Numbered from the stretch's first letter, positions 42,475-52,935 are shown. The stretch: DNA of 64,000 bases from an uncultured Prevotellaceae bacterium (GCA_900313615.1 OMRP01000016.1:7505-71504), one strand, 5' to 3'. The notes: generated from the letters alone by a model not told the origin. Made by a program: numbers and translations.

Positions 42475-43167
42475 ATGACAAAAGAAGAGTTAATTGCAGC
42501 ACAAGCTAATATCGAGAAAGATATTATGCTATGTGCAGAGATAAATCACTTATCAACACCTGAATTAAAGGCGATTCCAGATGGTATTTATGATGCAGAA
42601 AAATATCTTTCTTCTTCTCCACGTATCTTGTGGATATTGAAAGAACCATATGACGATTTTACTCCTGTAGGAAAGCCATGCGGCGGTGGATGGTCATTGT
42701 ATGAAGCTTATGATAATGAAGATGCATGGAAGAATCGTACATGGCAACCCATGATTTATATATCGTATGGTATCCTTAATCACTTAAAGTGGGAAGACAT
42801 GAGTTATATTAGAGGCGACATATCTATGGTAGATGTCCTTAAGCAAATTGCATATATTAATGTAAGCAAAATGCCGGCATTAAAACAAACTATAGACAGT
42901 GATTTGTACGAATATTACACTATATGGAGATCAATTTTATTAAAACAAATAGAAGTATATGACCCACAAATAATTATTTTTGGCAACACTTTTAAATTCT
43001 TTAAGGATGATTTAATTGGTAATTTTGTGGAGCCTACCAAAAAGATCGATGGGGTTGTTCATATCTATAAAAAGGAAAGAACTATGTTTTTTGATGCATA
43101 TCATCCCAATCAAAAAGCAGTAGGTCGTGGCATTTATGTAAATTCAATTATAGAAAACTGCATATAA
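42475..43167 (+). CDS. Hypothetical protein, possible UDG-superfamily fold
   Basis: ILWILKEP, IAYINVSK, QIEVYDPQIIIFG, AYHP. Confidence 0.5.
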   Translation: MTKEELIAAQANIEKDIMLCAEINHLSTPELKAIPDGIYDAEKYLSSSPRILWILKEPYDDFTPVGKPCGGGWSLYEAYDNEDAWKNRTWQPMIYISYGILNHLKWEDMSYIRGDISMVDVLKQIAYINVSKMPALKQTIDSDLYEYYTIWRSILLKQIEVYDPQIIIFGNTFKFFKDDLIGNFVEPTKKIDGVVHIYKKERTMFFDAYHPNQKAVGRGIYVNSIIENCI

Positions 43168-43340
43168 AAGAACTTTATCTGCATTTCCAATTCTTCCTTG
43201 GATTGGTTCCTGCAAAATTATAAATACTTCAGAAGCAATCATATAATAATAACATTTCCTCGACCTCTGCCACCAACTGGCAGAGGTCTTTGTTTTCTTT
43301 GCACCATAAAACTTCACATGAACTAAAAAAATATAAGAAA

Positions 43341-44987
43341 ATGGCAGCAAGGAAGAAACTTGATTTGCTCACAGCAGTTGAGCAGATTGTGGAAAAAGCA
43401 AAGGGTACGGGGCTTAGTAGTGACTTTTATCGTAAGGCTGACAAATATATTAAATATGTGGCTGAAAAGATGGAACTCACCAAGGAGCAGAGTGTGATGA
43501 TGGCACTGTTTGTAGACAACAGTGATGATACCAGTATAACTATAAGTGACTTCGGCAAGTTCTTGGATTGTCGAACAACAAGAATAATTTGGTATATGCA
43601 GGAGATTGATGTTCTGGAAAAAAGAGAACTAATCAGATGCAGTCGTGATGGTAACCGTATCACTTATAGGGTTCCCTTGGAGGTTATAGAGGCTTTTAAG
43701 AACAATGAGAAGTACATTTCTAAAGACTGCTCTGGCCTTTCATGTCAGGAGCTGTTCGGAGAGATAGAGGATGTTTTTGATTTGCGGAAAGATGGCGAAT
43801 TGACTTATGAAGCTACTGTTGAGAAGATAAGGCATCTGTTCAATTGTAACAGCCAGCTACTTTATGTTCAGAAGGTACGGAGCTACAACATGTCTGAGGT
43901 TGATACAATGATGCTGATTCTCTTCTCTCATCTTTTTGTGAACAACAATGATGACAATATCAGGTACCACGATCTCGATTTCCTTTTTGAGAAACGCTGC
44001 TGGAACAGGATGAGGTCATATCTTAATGATGGAGAACATATACTTCTTACAGAAAAGATGATAGAGTACAACAACGACGACGGATTTGTTGACAGGGAAT
44101 CTTTCCATATGACAATAGAAGCCAAACGTCAATTGTTTGCAGAACTCAACCTTTCCTCCTTGAATCAAAGCAAGGCACGTGGCGATATGATTAAGTCTGA
44201 GGAAATAGTGCCAAAGAGTTTGTTCTATGGCGACAAATTAAGCTCCCAGATTGAAGAATTGGGCGGACTACTGGATGACGTGCAATACAAACAAATCCGT
44301 GCACGCATGAAAGATTCGGGGTTCCGTTGTGGCTTTACTTGCCTCTTCTATGGTTCTGCCGGAACTGGCAAGACCGAAACAGTGTTACAACTGGCAAGAC
44401 AAACGGGTCGTGACATTATGCAAGTCAATATATCCCAAATTAAGAGCATGTGGGTAGGCGAAAGCGAGAAGAATATAAAGCAAGTATTCGACAATTATCG
44501 GGCCAAAGCAAAAGAGTGTCGTATTACCCCCATTCTCTTATTCAACGAGGCTGATGCAATCATTGGTAAACGTCAGGAGGGAGCCGAGAGAGCTGTTGAC
44601 AAGATGGAGAACTCTATCCAAAATATCATCCTTCAGGAAATGGAAACACTTGACGGAATCCTCATTGCCACAACCAATCTGGCACAAAACATGGACAAGG
44701 CTTTTGAACGGCGATTCCTCTATAAAATCAAGTTTGAAAAACCTACCACAGAGGCTCGTATGAGTATGTGGCGTGAAATGATACCAGTTCTGAAGGAAGA
44801 GGAAGTACGAATTTTAGCCACAAAGTATGATTTCAGTGGCGGTCAGATAGAAAATATTGCCAGACATTATACGATTGGAAACATCCTTCATGGTGAGTCC
44901 AAGAACATTGTGGAAGAGTTGAGCGTTTATTGTGACAGCGAAAGACTTGAAACCAAAGGGACAAAGAAAATAGGTTTTTGCATGTAA
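43341..44987 (+). CDS. AAA+ ATPase
   Basis: GSAGTGKT, LLFNEADA, ATTN, AFERRF. Confidence 0.88.
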   Translation: MAARKKLDLLTAVEQIVEKAKGTGLSSDFYRKADKYIKYVAEKMELTKEQSVMMALFVDNSDDTSITISDFGKFLDCRTTRIIWYMQEIDVLEKRELIRCSRDGNRITYRVPLEVIEAFKNNEKYISKDCSGLSCQELFGEIEDVFDLRKDGELTYEATVEKIRHLFNCNSQLLYVQKVRSYNMSEVDTMMLILFSHLFVNNNDDNIRYHDLDFLFEKRCWNRMRSYLNDGEHILLTEKMIEYNNDDGFVDRESFHMTIEAKRQLFAELNLSSLNQSKARGDMIKSEEIVPKSLFYGDKLSSQIEELGGLLDDVQYKQIRARMKDSGFRCGFTCLFYGSAGTGKTETVLQLARQTGRDIMQVNISQIKSMWVGESEKNIKQVFDNYRAKAKECRITPILLFNEADAIIGKRQEGAERAVDKMENSIQNIILQEMETLDGILIATTNLAQNMDKAFERRFLYKIKFEKPTTEARMSMWREMIPVLKEEEVRILATKYDFSGGQIENIARHYTIGNILHGESKNIVEELSVYCDSERLETKGTKKIGFCM

Positions 44988-45127
44988 AAAAGATATTTCA
45001 CATATACTAAATAAAATCGTTAAAATGACATTAAACAGCCTCCGTTATGATTTTTATTGACTAAATATGACAATATTAAGTTTTTTATATATTTTTGCAG
45101 TCGGATAGACTAAAAACCGACACGACT

Positions 45128-45628
45128 ATGAAGAAGTTCTTTCTTTACTTATTGCCACTGGTGATGTTGTGCGTGACATGCGCCACATCCGAGGAGGCGC
45201 GGCAGCGGAAGATGGAGCAGAAAATGCTCGTGGCCCAACGCGTCAAACAACAAATCAATGACATGCGCTTCCGTATTTATGTCGATGTGATGCATCCCAC
45301 GAGATACCCAGCCCGACACCTCACTTCGGCCTACTATCTCGAAGTGAAAGGTGATACCGTCGTCTCATATCTGCCCTATATGGGACGTGCTTTTAATGTT
45401 CCCTACGGTGGAGGAAAAGCGCTTAATTTTGAGGGGAAACTTCTTAATAGTAAAGTGCAACAGGAAAGGTTCGATCGCTATATGATAACTCTCGAGGTGA
45501 GCAACGACGAAGACATCTACCGTTATATCATCGACACTTTCGACAACGGCTCTTCCACTATCTTTGTCTATGCCCGCGAGCGCGAAAGCATCAGTTTCTC
45601 GGGAAGGATGGAAGTGAATGAGAAATGA
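45128..45628 (+). CDS. DUF4251 family protein
   Basis: Signal peptide; SYLPYMGRAF..PYGGG. Confidence 0.8.
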   Translation: MKKFFLYLLPLVMLCVTCATSEEARQRKMEQKMLVAQRVKQQINDMRFRIYVDVMHPTRYPARHLTSAYYLEVKGDTVVSYLPYMGRAFNVPYGGGKALNFEGKLLNSKVQQERFDRYMITLEVSNDEDIYRYIIDTFDNGSSTIFVYARERESISFSGRMEVNEK

Positions 45629-45651
45629 GAATTACGAAATCCACGCAAAAC

Positions 45652-46941
45652 TTATAGCCCGTTGATCCATTGTGCGATGTCGCTGAGTACTTCGGGCGAG
45701 ATGGTTTCTTCTATCTCACTGTATTCGGTGAGTAATCCGGTGGTGCAGTGCTGGAAGAGGTGATTGAGTGTGGGATATTCCTTGACAAGGTTCTTTTTAG
45801 ACTTTGGTAATAGTTGTCTAATAGCTGTTAAGTTCTGCGATGAAATCACCTGACAGTCGCGGTCACCATTGAGTGCAAAGACAGGACAACGTGACTTGCG
45901 TATATCGGCAGACGGGTCGTAGTCGATGAACCATTGCAGCCACCTCATCTGTTGCACCTCTGGCTGTTGTCGAAATTGCTCTACTGTCATAGTCGCGGGC
46001 ATTCCTGATAATTGCTGTATGCAGTTTTCCTGTTTTACTAACAGTGTGTCGCCTTTCACACCAGGACCAGCCAAGGAAACGATGAAGTCGGTTTTCTTGC
46101 GCGAAGCAAGCATGAAAGCGATGGCACCGCCCTCGCTATGGCCGAGGAGACCGACTTTGCCGAATGCTTTTTGATGGCGCAGGAAATCAAGGCCAGCCAA
46201 GGCATCACGCATAAAGTCCTCGGTGGTGGCATTTTTCACCTCGCCTCCCACGGAGGCACCTGTGGCACGGTCGTCATAGCGCAATGTGGCGATGCCATGG
46301 CGAGCTAGGTAGTCGGCGATGACCAGGAATGGGGAGTGGCCCATCAATTCCTCATCACGGTTCTGCTGTCCGCTGCCTGAGACGAGCAATACGACGACAG
46401 GCTTTTCCTTCGATTGTTTGCTATAGCCGACAGGGTATGTCAGTGTGCCTGCTAACGTGGCGCTGTCTTTCTCGTTTCGGAAGGTCACTTCTTCCGTCTC
46501 GTAGGGGTAGGGTGGTTGTGGGCGTTGCGGCCTTTTCATCTCAGGGACACCCCTTGTCAGCACGAGTGGTAGCGATATGCCGTTTTGTGAGAATGTGCCA
46601 TCAAGTTTGTCGTCTTTCAGTCGCGCCCTGTAGGTTACGCCCAACGTCTCTATTTTTATGGCAATCGAATCATCCGACAAGAATTCTTTATAAGCACCAA
46701 TACCCTTGGCTCCTTGGTCGGGGCTATCGAGCGTAACGGTAACATAGCCGTCGGCTTGTTCAAGATGAAGCACCAGCGTTAATGATACAGGCCCTACTTT
46801 GAGTTTACCCGACCACGAGCCAATCAGCGCCGTAGTAGGTTGTACCTGTGCCTGGCTCGCCAAGGACGTGAGGATTATGGTAAGCAAAAGGATGGCTTTC
46901 TTCATTGTCTTATTCATGATGGAATGGTATAGTTGTTGCAA
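45652..46941 (-). CDS. Secreted alpha/beta hydrolase
   Basis: SGSGQQNRDE, GHSEG, LNHLFQ. Confidence 0.88.
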   Translation of the reverse strand: MQQLYHSIMNKTMKKAILLLTIILTSLASQAQVQPTTALIGSWSGKLKVGPVSLTLVLHLEQADGYVTVTLDSPDQGAKGIGAYKEFLSDDSIAIKIETLGVTYRARLKDDKLDGTFSQNGISLPLVLTRGVPEMKRPQRPQPPYPYETEEVTFRNEKDSATLAGTLTYPVGYSKQSKEKPVVVLLVSGSGQQNRDEELMGHSPFLVIADYLARHGIATLRYDDRATGASVGGEVKNATTEDFMRDALAGLDFLRHQKAFGKVGLLGHSEGGAIAFMLASRKKTDFIVSLAGPGVKGDTLLVKQENCIQQLSGMPATMTVEQFRQQPEVQQMRWLQWFIDYDPSADIRKSRCPVFALNGDRDCQVISSQNLTAIRQLLPKSKKNLVKEYPTLNHLFQHCTTGLLTEYSEIEETISPEVLSDIAQWINGL

Positions 46942-47151
46942 ATATAAACATAAACCTCCATTTTATTCATCTGCAAATGGTTTTTTTGGAACATTTAACA
47001 GCCATATTGGGCATTATACCCTTGAAACCCTATCTTTCATCAAAAAAACGTTAGGTTATTTGGCAAGAATCAAAATTAGCCTTAAATTTGCACCGATTTT
47101 TTACTCAACTAATTTAACACTATAATTAAAAACAAAATTTTTAAGAAAACT

Positions 47152-47742
47152 ATGAAAAAATCATTCATGCTGATGATGGTGGCTGTGGCCGCCATGGCAA
47201 CAGTGTCTTGTGGAGACAAGAAAGTACAAACTGAAGGAACTGAGAATGGTGGAGAACAAACCGAACAGAAGGTTGACACTGCCGCCAAGGCTGCGAAGAC
47301 CGAAAAGGTTGAGAAAGCCGACACTGTGAAAGGTCCCACCACATTGGATTTAGGCCGTGCTACAGTGGATGTTCCCGAAGGATGGTTCGTGAAGAACCCG
47401 AGCAAATCATCTTGTCGTATTGAACCATTGGAGAAGCCTGCCATTGAAAAGAAAGGCAATTTCGGTTGGAATGTTTACATCAGTGTATGGGACGGCGATG
47501 TGTTCAAAGCAGAGAAATTCATTGAAGACGACAAAAAGGTATTCAAGGATACGAAGAAGATGCCCGAAGTTACTTTCAATGGCGTGAAATATATGTATAA
47601 TTTCTACGACTATGAATTCGGTAAGCACAGTGTGCTGGCCGCACCCCTGCCTGAAAAGGGAGCCATCAAGGTGGAAGTGGGTGGTTATGCCGTTGAAGAC
47701 GCTGATGTCGACAAAATCCTGAAGACCTTGAAGATTAAATAA
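47152..47742 (+). CDS. Lipoprotein of unknown function
   Basis: TVSC lipobox. Confidence 0.7.
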   Translation: MKKSFMLMMVAVAAMATVSCGDKKVQTEGTENGGEQTEQKVDTAAKAAKTEKVEKADTVKGPTTLDLGRATVDVPEGWFVKNPSKSSCRIEPLEKPAIEKKGNFGWNVYISVWDGDVFKAEKFIEDDKKVFKDTKKMPEVTFNGVKYMYNFYDYEFGKHSVLAAPLPEKGAIKVEVGGYAVEDADVDKILKTLKIK

Positions 47743-47933
47743 ACTTCGAAGGAAGCGTTTGATAAGCGCTATCCATTTGAACAGATATCGTAAATAACTG
47801 CATCTTTCCATAATTGGAAGGGTGCAGTTTGTTGTTATATTCTGCCATCGTTCGAAACTATAATCAAAATCATGCTATTTGGGTATTGCCAGACTAGGAA
47901 AAGATGTGTATCTTTGTCAGCAAAAATGAAGAG

Positions 47934-48713
47934 ATGATAACTGTTGCAATAGGTTTGCTGATACCCCTTTTGGGCACGGTGCTCGGTTCGGCTTTCGTGT
48001 TCTTTATGAAGAAAGATATGCCCGTTCCCTTGCAAAAATCATTGCTCGGCTTTGCCTCGGGAGTGATGGTGGCAGCTTCGGTGTGGTCGTTGCTCATTCC
48101 TGCCATGGAGATGGAGGAGGGAAAGGGGGCGATGGCCGTCGTGCCGGCTGCCGTGGGCTTTTTATTGGGTATGGCTTTTCTGCTGCTTATTGATGAACTG
48201 ACACCCCACTTGCACCTGAGTGCAAAATCTCCAGAAGGCCCTCGGTCACATCTCTCACGCACCGCGATGTTGGCTTTGGCGGTCACCATCCATAACCTAC
48301 CAGAGGGTATGGCCGTGGGTGTCGTCTTCGCTGGAGCAGAAGAGGGTGCGATGGGTGTTTCGGTGGCCAGTGCCGTGGCGGTATCGTTGGGCATCGCCAT
48401 TCAGAATATTCCAGAGGGAGCCATTATCTCCATGCCCATGCGTGCGGCGGGCAATTCACGATGGCGTTCGTTTGCCATAGGCAGTCTAAGTGGCGTGGTG
48501 GAACCTATCGGTGGACTGGCTGTGGTGCTTTTGTCCACATTGCTCATGTCCGTGCTCCCTTATATGTTGGCTTTTGCTGCTGGTGCCATGTTCTACGTGG
48601 TCATTGAAGAATTGATTCCCGAGGCGTCGGAAGGCAAGCACACCAACCTAAGCACCATCGGTTTTGCCATCGGTTTTGTATTGATGATGGTGCTCGATGT
48701 CGTGATGGGATGA
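47934..48713 (+). CDS. ZIP family metal transporter
   Basis: HNLPEGMAVG, QNIPEG, VEP, ELIPE. Confidence 0.92.
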   Translation: MITVAIGLLIPLLGTVLGSAFVFFMKKDMPVPLQKSLLGFASGVMVAASVWSLLIPAMEMEEGKGAMAVVPAAVGFLLGMAFLLLIDELTPHLHLSAKSPEGPRSHLSRTAMLALAVTIHNLPEGMAVGVVFAGAEEGAMGVSVASAVAVSLGIAIQNIPEGAIISMPMRAAGNSRWRSFAIGSLSGVVEPIGGLAVVLLSTLLMSVLPYMLAFAAGAMFYVVIEELIPEASEGKHTNLSTIGFAIGFVLMMVLDVVMG

Positions 48714-48775
48714 TACAACCATCAGTCAATTCAACAAACGATTTGGGTTCAGGTGGTATTCGAATCACAAGACGA

Positions 48776-49078
48776 TTACAGCCATCTGTCAAGGGCATGC
48801 CAGCCGCCACCTTTAGACGGAATCATTAGAAAAATAATAACCGCAACAATAAAGGCAGGGAAAAAAACTTTGACGCTGGCTTCTACGTGGCCTGCTTTGA
48901 ACAGTCGCACTACAGAAATCCATAGAGCAATGTCAAGGCACAGCACAACGAAATCCTGTTCGGACTGAATGGGGAGGCACGCGGCATCATATACCGTTGT
49001 TCGAACTATACGGGGATATACAAGACATAGAGCCACCTGGCGAATTCGCGGATAGGTAACTCCGGCCCGCGATAGCAA
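48776..49078 (-). CDS. Possible small membrane protein (cassette 1)
   Basis: Two hydrophobic segments; start uncertain. Confidence 0.3.
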   Translation of the reverse strand: MLSRAGVTYPRIRQVALCLVYPRIVRTTVYDAACLPIQSEQDFVVLCLDIALWISVVRLFKAGHVEASVKVFFPAFIVAVIIFLMIPSKGGGWHALDRWL

Positions 49079-49253
49079 AAAAGACCCAGAGCCGTGTCGT
49101 GTGGCTTTTACACATCACACCTTGTCAAGAAGAGCCTTATTTTGCCCATAACCTTTAAAAGGTATTAAAAACATTACTTTTGTTTGCGGTTTATTTGGTA
49201 GGTGGTATTATTTTTATTACCTTTGTATCGTCAAGTAATAAAACATCGCAGCT

Positions 49254-49448
49254 ATGAAAAGATACAAAGTTAAAGAGATTATCAAACTTCTTGAAAGCGA
49301 TGGATGGTATCTCTCTGCGACAAAAGGAGACCACAGACAGTTCAAGCACCCGAAGAAGCCAGGGAAAGTGACGGTGAGGGGAAAAGACAGTGAGGTCTTG
49401 AATCAGTTCTTACTGAACAGCATCTGGAAACAAGCGGGGTGGAAATGA
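49254..49448 (+). CDS. hicA: HicA toxin (cassette 1)
   Basis: LESDGWY...KGDHRQFKHP.KPGKVTV. Confidence 0.9.
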   Translation: MKRYKVKEIIKLLESDGWYLSATKGDHRQFKHPKKPGKVTVRGKDSEVLNQFLLNSIWKQAGWK

Positions 49449-49501
49449 CCAGCCTTGCTTATCGACAACAACAAACCAAAACAAAAGACAAAAATACAAC
49501 A

Positions 49502-49915
49502 ATGGAAAAAATCAGAGTAGACGTACAATGGTGCGACAAGAATTTCGGAGCCTCTCTTGGCGAGAATGTGCCCGGTGCCGTAGTGGTAACCGCAAAGACA
49601 TACGAACAATTGCTCAACGATGTGCCTGAATCTCTTCGTTTCCATGTGGAGGGCATGCTTGCCGATGGCGACGACGTGCCCCAGTGGTTGCGCAACGGGG
49701 ACTATGAGCTGGAATACAACCTTGTTGACACAGCCACCATGCTCCATGCCTTTGAGCCTCTTTTGTCGCTTGCCGCCATTAGCAGGGTCACCGGTATCAA
49801 CCAGCATCAGCTATCCCACTACGCCAACGGATTGAAGCAGCCCCGCCCGCAGCAACGGCAGCGCATCGTGGACGGCATCCACAAGATTGGTCGTGAACTA
49901 TTGGCTGTTGTATAA
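49502..49915 (+). CDS. hicB: HicB-like antitoxin with C-terminal HTH (cassette 1)
   Basis: Follows hicA; HVEGMLADGDDVP, TGINQHQLSHYANG. Confidence 0.82.
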   Translation: MEKIRVDVQWCDKNFGASLGENVPGAVVVTAKTYEQLLNDVPESLRFHVEGMLADGDDVPQWLRNGDYELEYNLVDTATMLHAFEPLLSLAAISRVTGINQHQLSHYANGLKQPRPQQRQRIVDGIHKIGRELLAVV

Positions 49916-50161
49916 GTTTTATTGTTTGACGACATTGCTTAGCGTCAGCTTGGCGGGGCATCACTGTCCCGGTCTTTTTCTTACTATCGTTTTCCTTTAT
50001 TGTCCAGCCACCGCAGGAACCAAATGAAGAGACCGACGACAACAATGGTGACAGCCACGTCGACGGCGCGTTTTCACTGCTCCTAAAACGAAGGCTACTT
50101 GACCGCTTCTTTTGTTCAATTTGTCGTTTAAAACGGTTTGGGTTCAGGTGGTAATCGAACC

Positions 50162-50407
50162 TCAATCGCCGCCGTCAGAACTTTCATAGGGGTTATAGTA
50201 AAAACCACCACCCTCAATTACTCCATTATGGCAATATTTCCATACCCACCACTGGATGGGAAATGTAATGATAGGAAGTAAAGCAAAGCTCAGGAGTGTA
50301 AACAGGAAACCACGGAACCAGGTCCTCGGCCACCAACCTCCACAGTAAAAGAGGAAAAGCGCAACCGACACACCTACTATCCATAATATAGTCCAAAGAG
50401 TTTCCAT
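50162..50407 (-). CDS. Small two-TM protein, METLW family copy A (cassette 2)
   Basis: 81 aa; stop codon abuts the repeat. Confidence 0.8.
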   Translation of the reverse strand: METLWTILWIVGVSVALFLFYCGGWWPRTWFRGFLFTLLSFALLPIITFPIQWWVWKYCHNGVIEGGGFYYNPYESSDGGD

Positions 50408-50441
50408 GATTATTAGTTTAATAGAATCTGTCCTAATAGCA

Positions 50442-50678
50442 TCATGGGGCATCACAATAAGCCGAACTTTCACCGAGTCCTTCATCTAACCATCCACCAT
50501 TGCAAAACTTCCATATAACGTATTGGATGGGAAAGGTAACTATAGGAAGGAAAGCGAAACTCAATAGCGTAAAAAGAAATCCACGGAACCACGTCCTCGG
50601 CCACCAACCTCCGCAGTAGAAAAGAATCAGTGCAATAGTTACACCTACAATCCATAATATAGTCCAAAGAGTTTCCAT
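50442..50678 (-). CDS. Small two-TM protein, METLW family copy B (cassette 2)
   Basis: 78 aa; upstream TTTG-N20-TATTTTTG promoter. Confidence 0.8.
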   Translation of the reverse strand: METLWTILWIVGVTIALILFYCGGWWPRTWFRGFLFTLLSFAFLPIVTFPIQYVIWKFCNGGWLDEGLGESSAYCDAP

Positions 50679-50809
50679 AATCTCTATTTTAGGGATTTCT
50701 GCAACAAAAATAACATTATTATTATTATTTTCCAAATTAATTCACCTTTATTTTGGTCTTACGGTTTAAAACATTTTGGGTTCAGGTGGTATTCGAACCT
50801 CAATCTTCC

Positions 50810-51196
50810 ATGTCTCTCGAACTCTGCCAGCAGCACATACAGCGCGGCATACGCGACATCTTCAATGCACAGCTACAGATAGCCGAGCGGCGCATCTACG
50901 GATTCACGCGCCGGCCCGAACTCATCTCGCGCCGAACGAGGCACCTCCGGCGCGAACTCGCAGCTGCACGTCACTCCGTCAGTCATAGCGGGCAGGGGCT
51001 CACCGCCACCGCACAGGTGCCGCTCTACATCCGCTTCCTCGACATGAAGAAACACGGCAACCTCCAAATCTACAACCGGCAGATCTACGGCATACTCTAC
51101 CACCGGGTGCTCAACCGAATACGCTACGGCTACACCGACGAGATAGCACAACAAATAAGAAAAAGATTAATCGAAGCAGGAGCGGTACTAAGGTGA
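50810..51196 (+). CDS. Bacteroidetes prophage tail-region hypothetical protein (cassette 3)
   Basis: IRFLDMK...IYNR.IYGILY...IRYG motif; GC-rich. Confidence 0.6.
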   Translation: MSLELCQQHIQRGIRDIFNAQLQIAERRIYGFTRRPELISRRTRHLRRELAAARHSVSHSGQGLTATAQVPLYIRFLDMKKHGNLQIYNRQIYGILYHRVLNRIRYGYTDEIAQQIRKRLIEAGAVLR

Positions 51197-51200
51197 AAAG

Positions 51201-51437
51201 TCAGTCGTCACTACTGTAATCTGATCCTGGAAAAAGTTCGCCGTCTCCCCATCCGCCGCGATAAATCATCCAAATAACATATTGGATGGGCAATGTGATG
51301 ATGGGAGTGAATATGAGTGTCAACATAACAAAACAAAAACCACGCCACCATGTGCTGGGCCACCATCCTTTGCAATAGAAAAGGAAGAGAGCGACTGCTG
51401 TCACCAAACCGACTAATATAACCCAGAGAGTTTCCAT
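51201..51437 (-). CDS. METLW family copy C (cassette 3)
   Basis: 78 aa, FYCKGWWP.TW motif. Confidence 0.8.
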   Translation of the reverse strand: METLWVILVGLVTAVALFLFYCKGWWPSTWWRGFCFVMLTLIFTPIITLPIQYVIWMIYRGGWGDGELFPGSDYSSDD

Positions 51438-51448
51438 GGAAATAATTG

Positions 51449-51694
51449 CTAATTATAGGCGGCAGTACTTTCATAAGGGTCATAATGCCCACCGCTACCC
51501 TCTATTATACCGTTATGGCAATATTTCCAAACCCACCACTGGATGGGCAATGTGATGATGGGAGTGAATATGAGTGTCAACATAACAAAACAAAAACCAC
51601 GCCACCATGTTCTTGGCCACCATCCTTTGCAATAGAAAAGGAAGAGAGCGACTGCTGTCACCAAACCGACTAATATAACCCAGAGCGTTTCCAT
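51449..51694 (-). CDS. METLW family copy D (cassette 3)
   Basis: 81 aa; 5' ~155 bp nearly identical to copy C. Confidence 0.8.
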   Translation of the reverse strand: METLWVILVGLVTAVALFLFYCKGWWPRTWWRGFCFVMLTLIFTPIITLPIQWWVWKYCHNGIIEGSGGHYDPYESTAAYN

Positions 51695-51828
51695 AACGAC
51701 TTTTGTTTCTTGATGCAAAAATAAACGACGCATAATGCTTTTACAAGGGTTTTTCCCTATTGTTAAGGGGGAAAACCCCAAATTTATGTTAAGTTTAAAA
51801 CGGTTTGGGTTCAGGTGGTATTCGAACC

Positions 51829-52075
51829 AGAGGTTGGAAAGGGATTCGCTGAGCCCGGCAATATATTTTTTCTGCTCCCCGATATGTCTCTTCATGTCGT
51901 CGATGTTCTTCTGCATACTCCTGCCGGCTTCCGCATCACCTTTTTTCTTCGAGTTTAGGAGACGTTTCTGGGAGTCTTCGAGAGTTTTCAGCTCACTCTC
52001 GAGTTTTTTTAGTTCGTTCTGTGCGTTTTTGCTGTTTACGTCGATGACGGCTCTGAATACTTCTTCGTGTCCCAT
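51829..52075 (-). pseudogene. 5' fragment of a probable tape-measure protein, cut by a repeat (cassette 4)
   Basis: IDVNSKNAQNELKKLE coiled coil runs into repeat 4. Confidence 0.55.
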
Positions 52076-52141
52076 AATAATAGGTGGTATGTTTGCTTCT
52101 CTTGCAAATATACCACCTATATCTTTGGAGCGAAAATACCA

Positions 52142-52423
52142 CTAAGCCGGATTCCTCGACTCCTCGTATGTTTGTTGCACGATATCCTCCAGTTCTCTCT
52201 TCGACTTAGCCCTTAATGTGGTAATTTTATTTATAGAAGACAGCCAAAGGACGGCACAATATTCATTATTCTTGAAATCAACATACGCACTAACTACCTT
52301 ATTCTCGCTACCGAGATCATACATGTTCCTTAGCCTGATTTTGGCCTCAGGTCTATCCTTTTTTTGTCTTCCCATCAGCCAGACAATTATCCAGGATGTT
52401 ATTAAAAGTGCGAGAAATTCCAT
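52142..52423 (-). CDS. Small membrane-anchored protein (cassette 4)
   Basis: 93 aa with an N-terminal TM segment. Confidence 0.65.
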   Translation of the reverse strand: MEFLALLITSWIIVWLMGRQKKDRPEAKIRLRNMYDLGSENKVVSAYVDFKNNEYCAVLWLSSINKITTLRAKSKRELEDIVQQTYEESRNPA

Positions 52424-52491
52424 ATATAGTATGTTTAGTGTTCGTTGTAAAAACCCCCTATACTCCCGCACCGGGGGCTGAAGAGTTCTAT

Positions 52492-52935
52492 CTAAAATGA
52501 TTTATTAAGACGCTGCACGGTAGGTTGCTCTAAAGGCAGACCGTGAGCCAAATCACTTGCAAACTTATTGATACCTTCGCGTATCTTCTTGACCTGGGCC
52601 TCGTGAGGTACTCGCAATGACGCGATATATTGTCGAAGCACAGAAGCGTTCATGCCGATGTATTTTGCGAATGCTGTCACATCGATTGGGTAATAGTCAA
52701 AAAACGAACCTATGTCAAGCCTGAAGTCAAATTGTACTTCAGGGAATCTACGTCCCTCTTCTTCCTCCATTTCTTTGTATTCTTTTACAGTGACAATGAT
52801 GTCATCCATCGCTTCGCGGGCGGTCTTGCCATAGCCGGCCAGGCCACACTTACCGACAGGATCGGGAGAAAAGCATGAGAAATTACCTTTTCCTTTTCCG
52901 CGTTCAACGTAAACAATTCTCTTAACGGTTCCCAT
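52492..52935 (-). CDS. hicB: Orphan HicB-like antitoxin (cassette 4)
   Basis: GYGKTAREAMDD, FAKYIGMNASVLRQY HTH. Confidence 0.78.
   Translation of the reverse strand: MGTVKRIVYVERGKGKGNFSCFSPDPVGKCGLAGYGKTAREAMDDIIVTVKEYKEMEEEEGRRFPEVQFDFRLDIGSFFDYYPIDVTAFAKYIGMNASVLRQYIASLRVPHEAQVKKIREGINKFASDLAHGLPLEQPTVQRLNKSF

Noticed and set aside
49187-49209. Partial match to the repeat (cggttt...aggtggtatt), and aggtggtat at ~52082
   Set aside because: Short matches that coincide with the hicA promoter and a phage hairpin; not enough to call extra repeats or a tracrRNA anti-repeat.
51449-52075. 208-aa ORF in the track, and similar ORFs containing FKTVWVQVVFEP, MGSGGIRT or LKRFGFRWYSN
   Set aside because: These are read-throughs of the repeat that join unrelated cassettes; the real genes start downstream.
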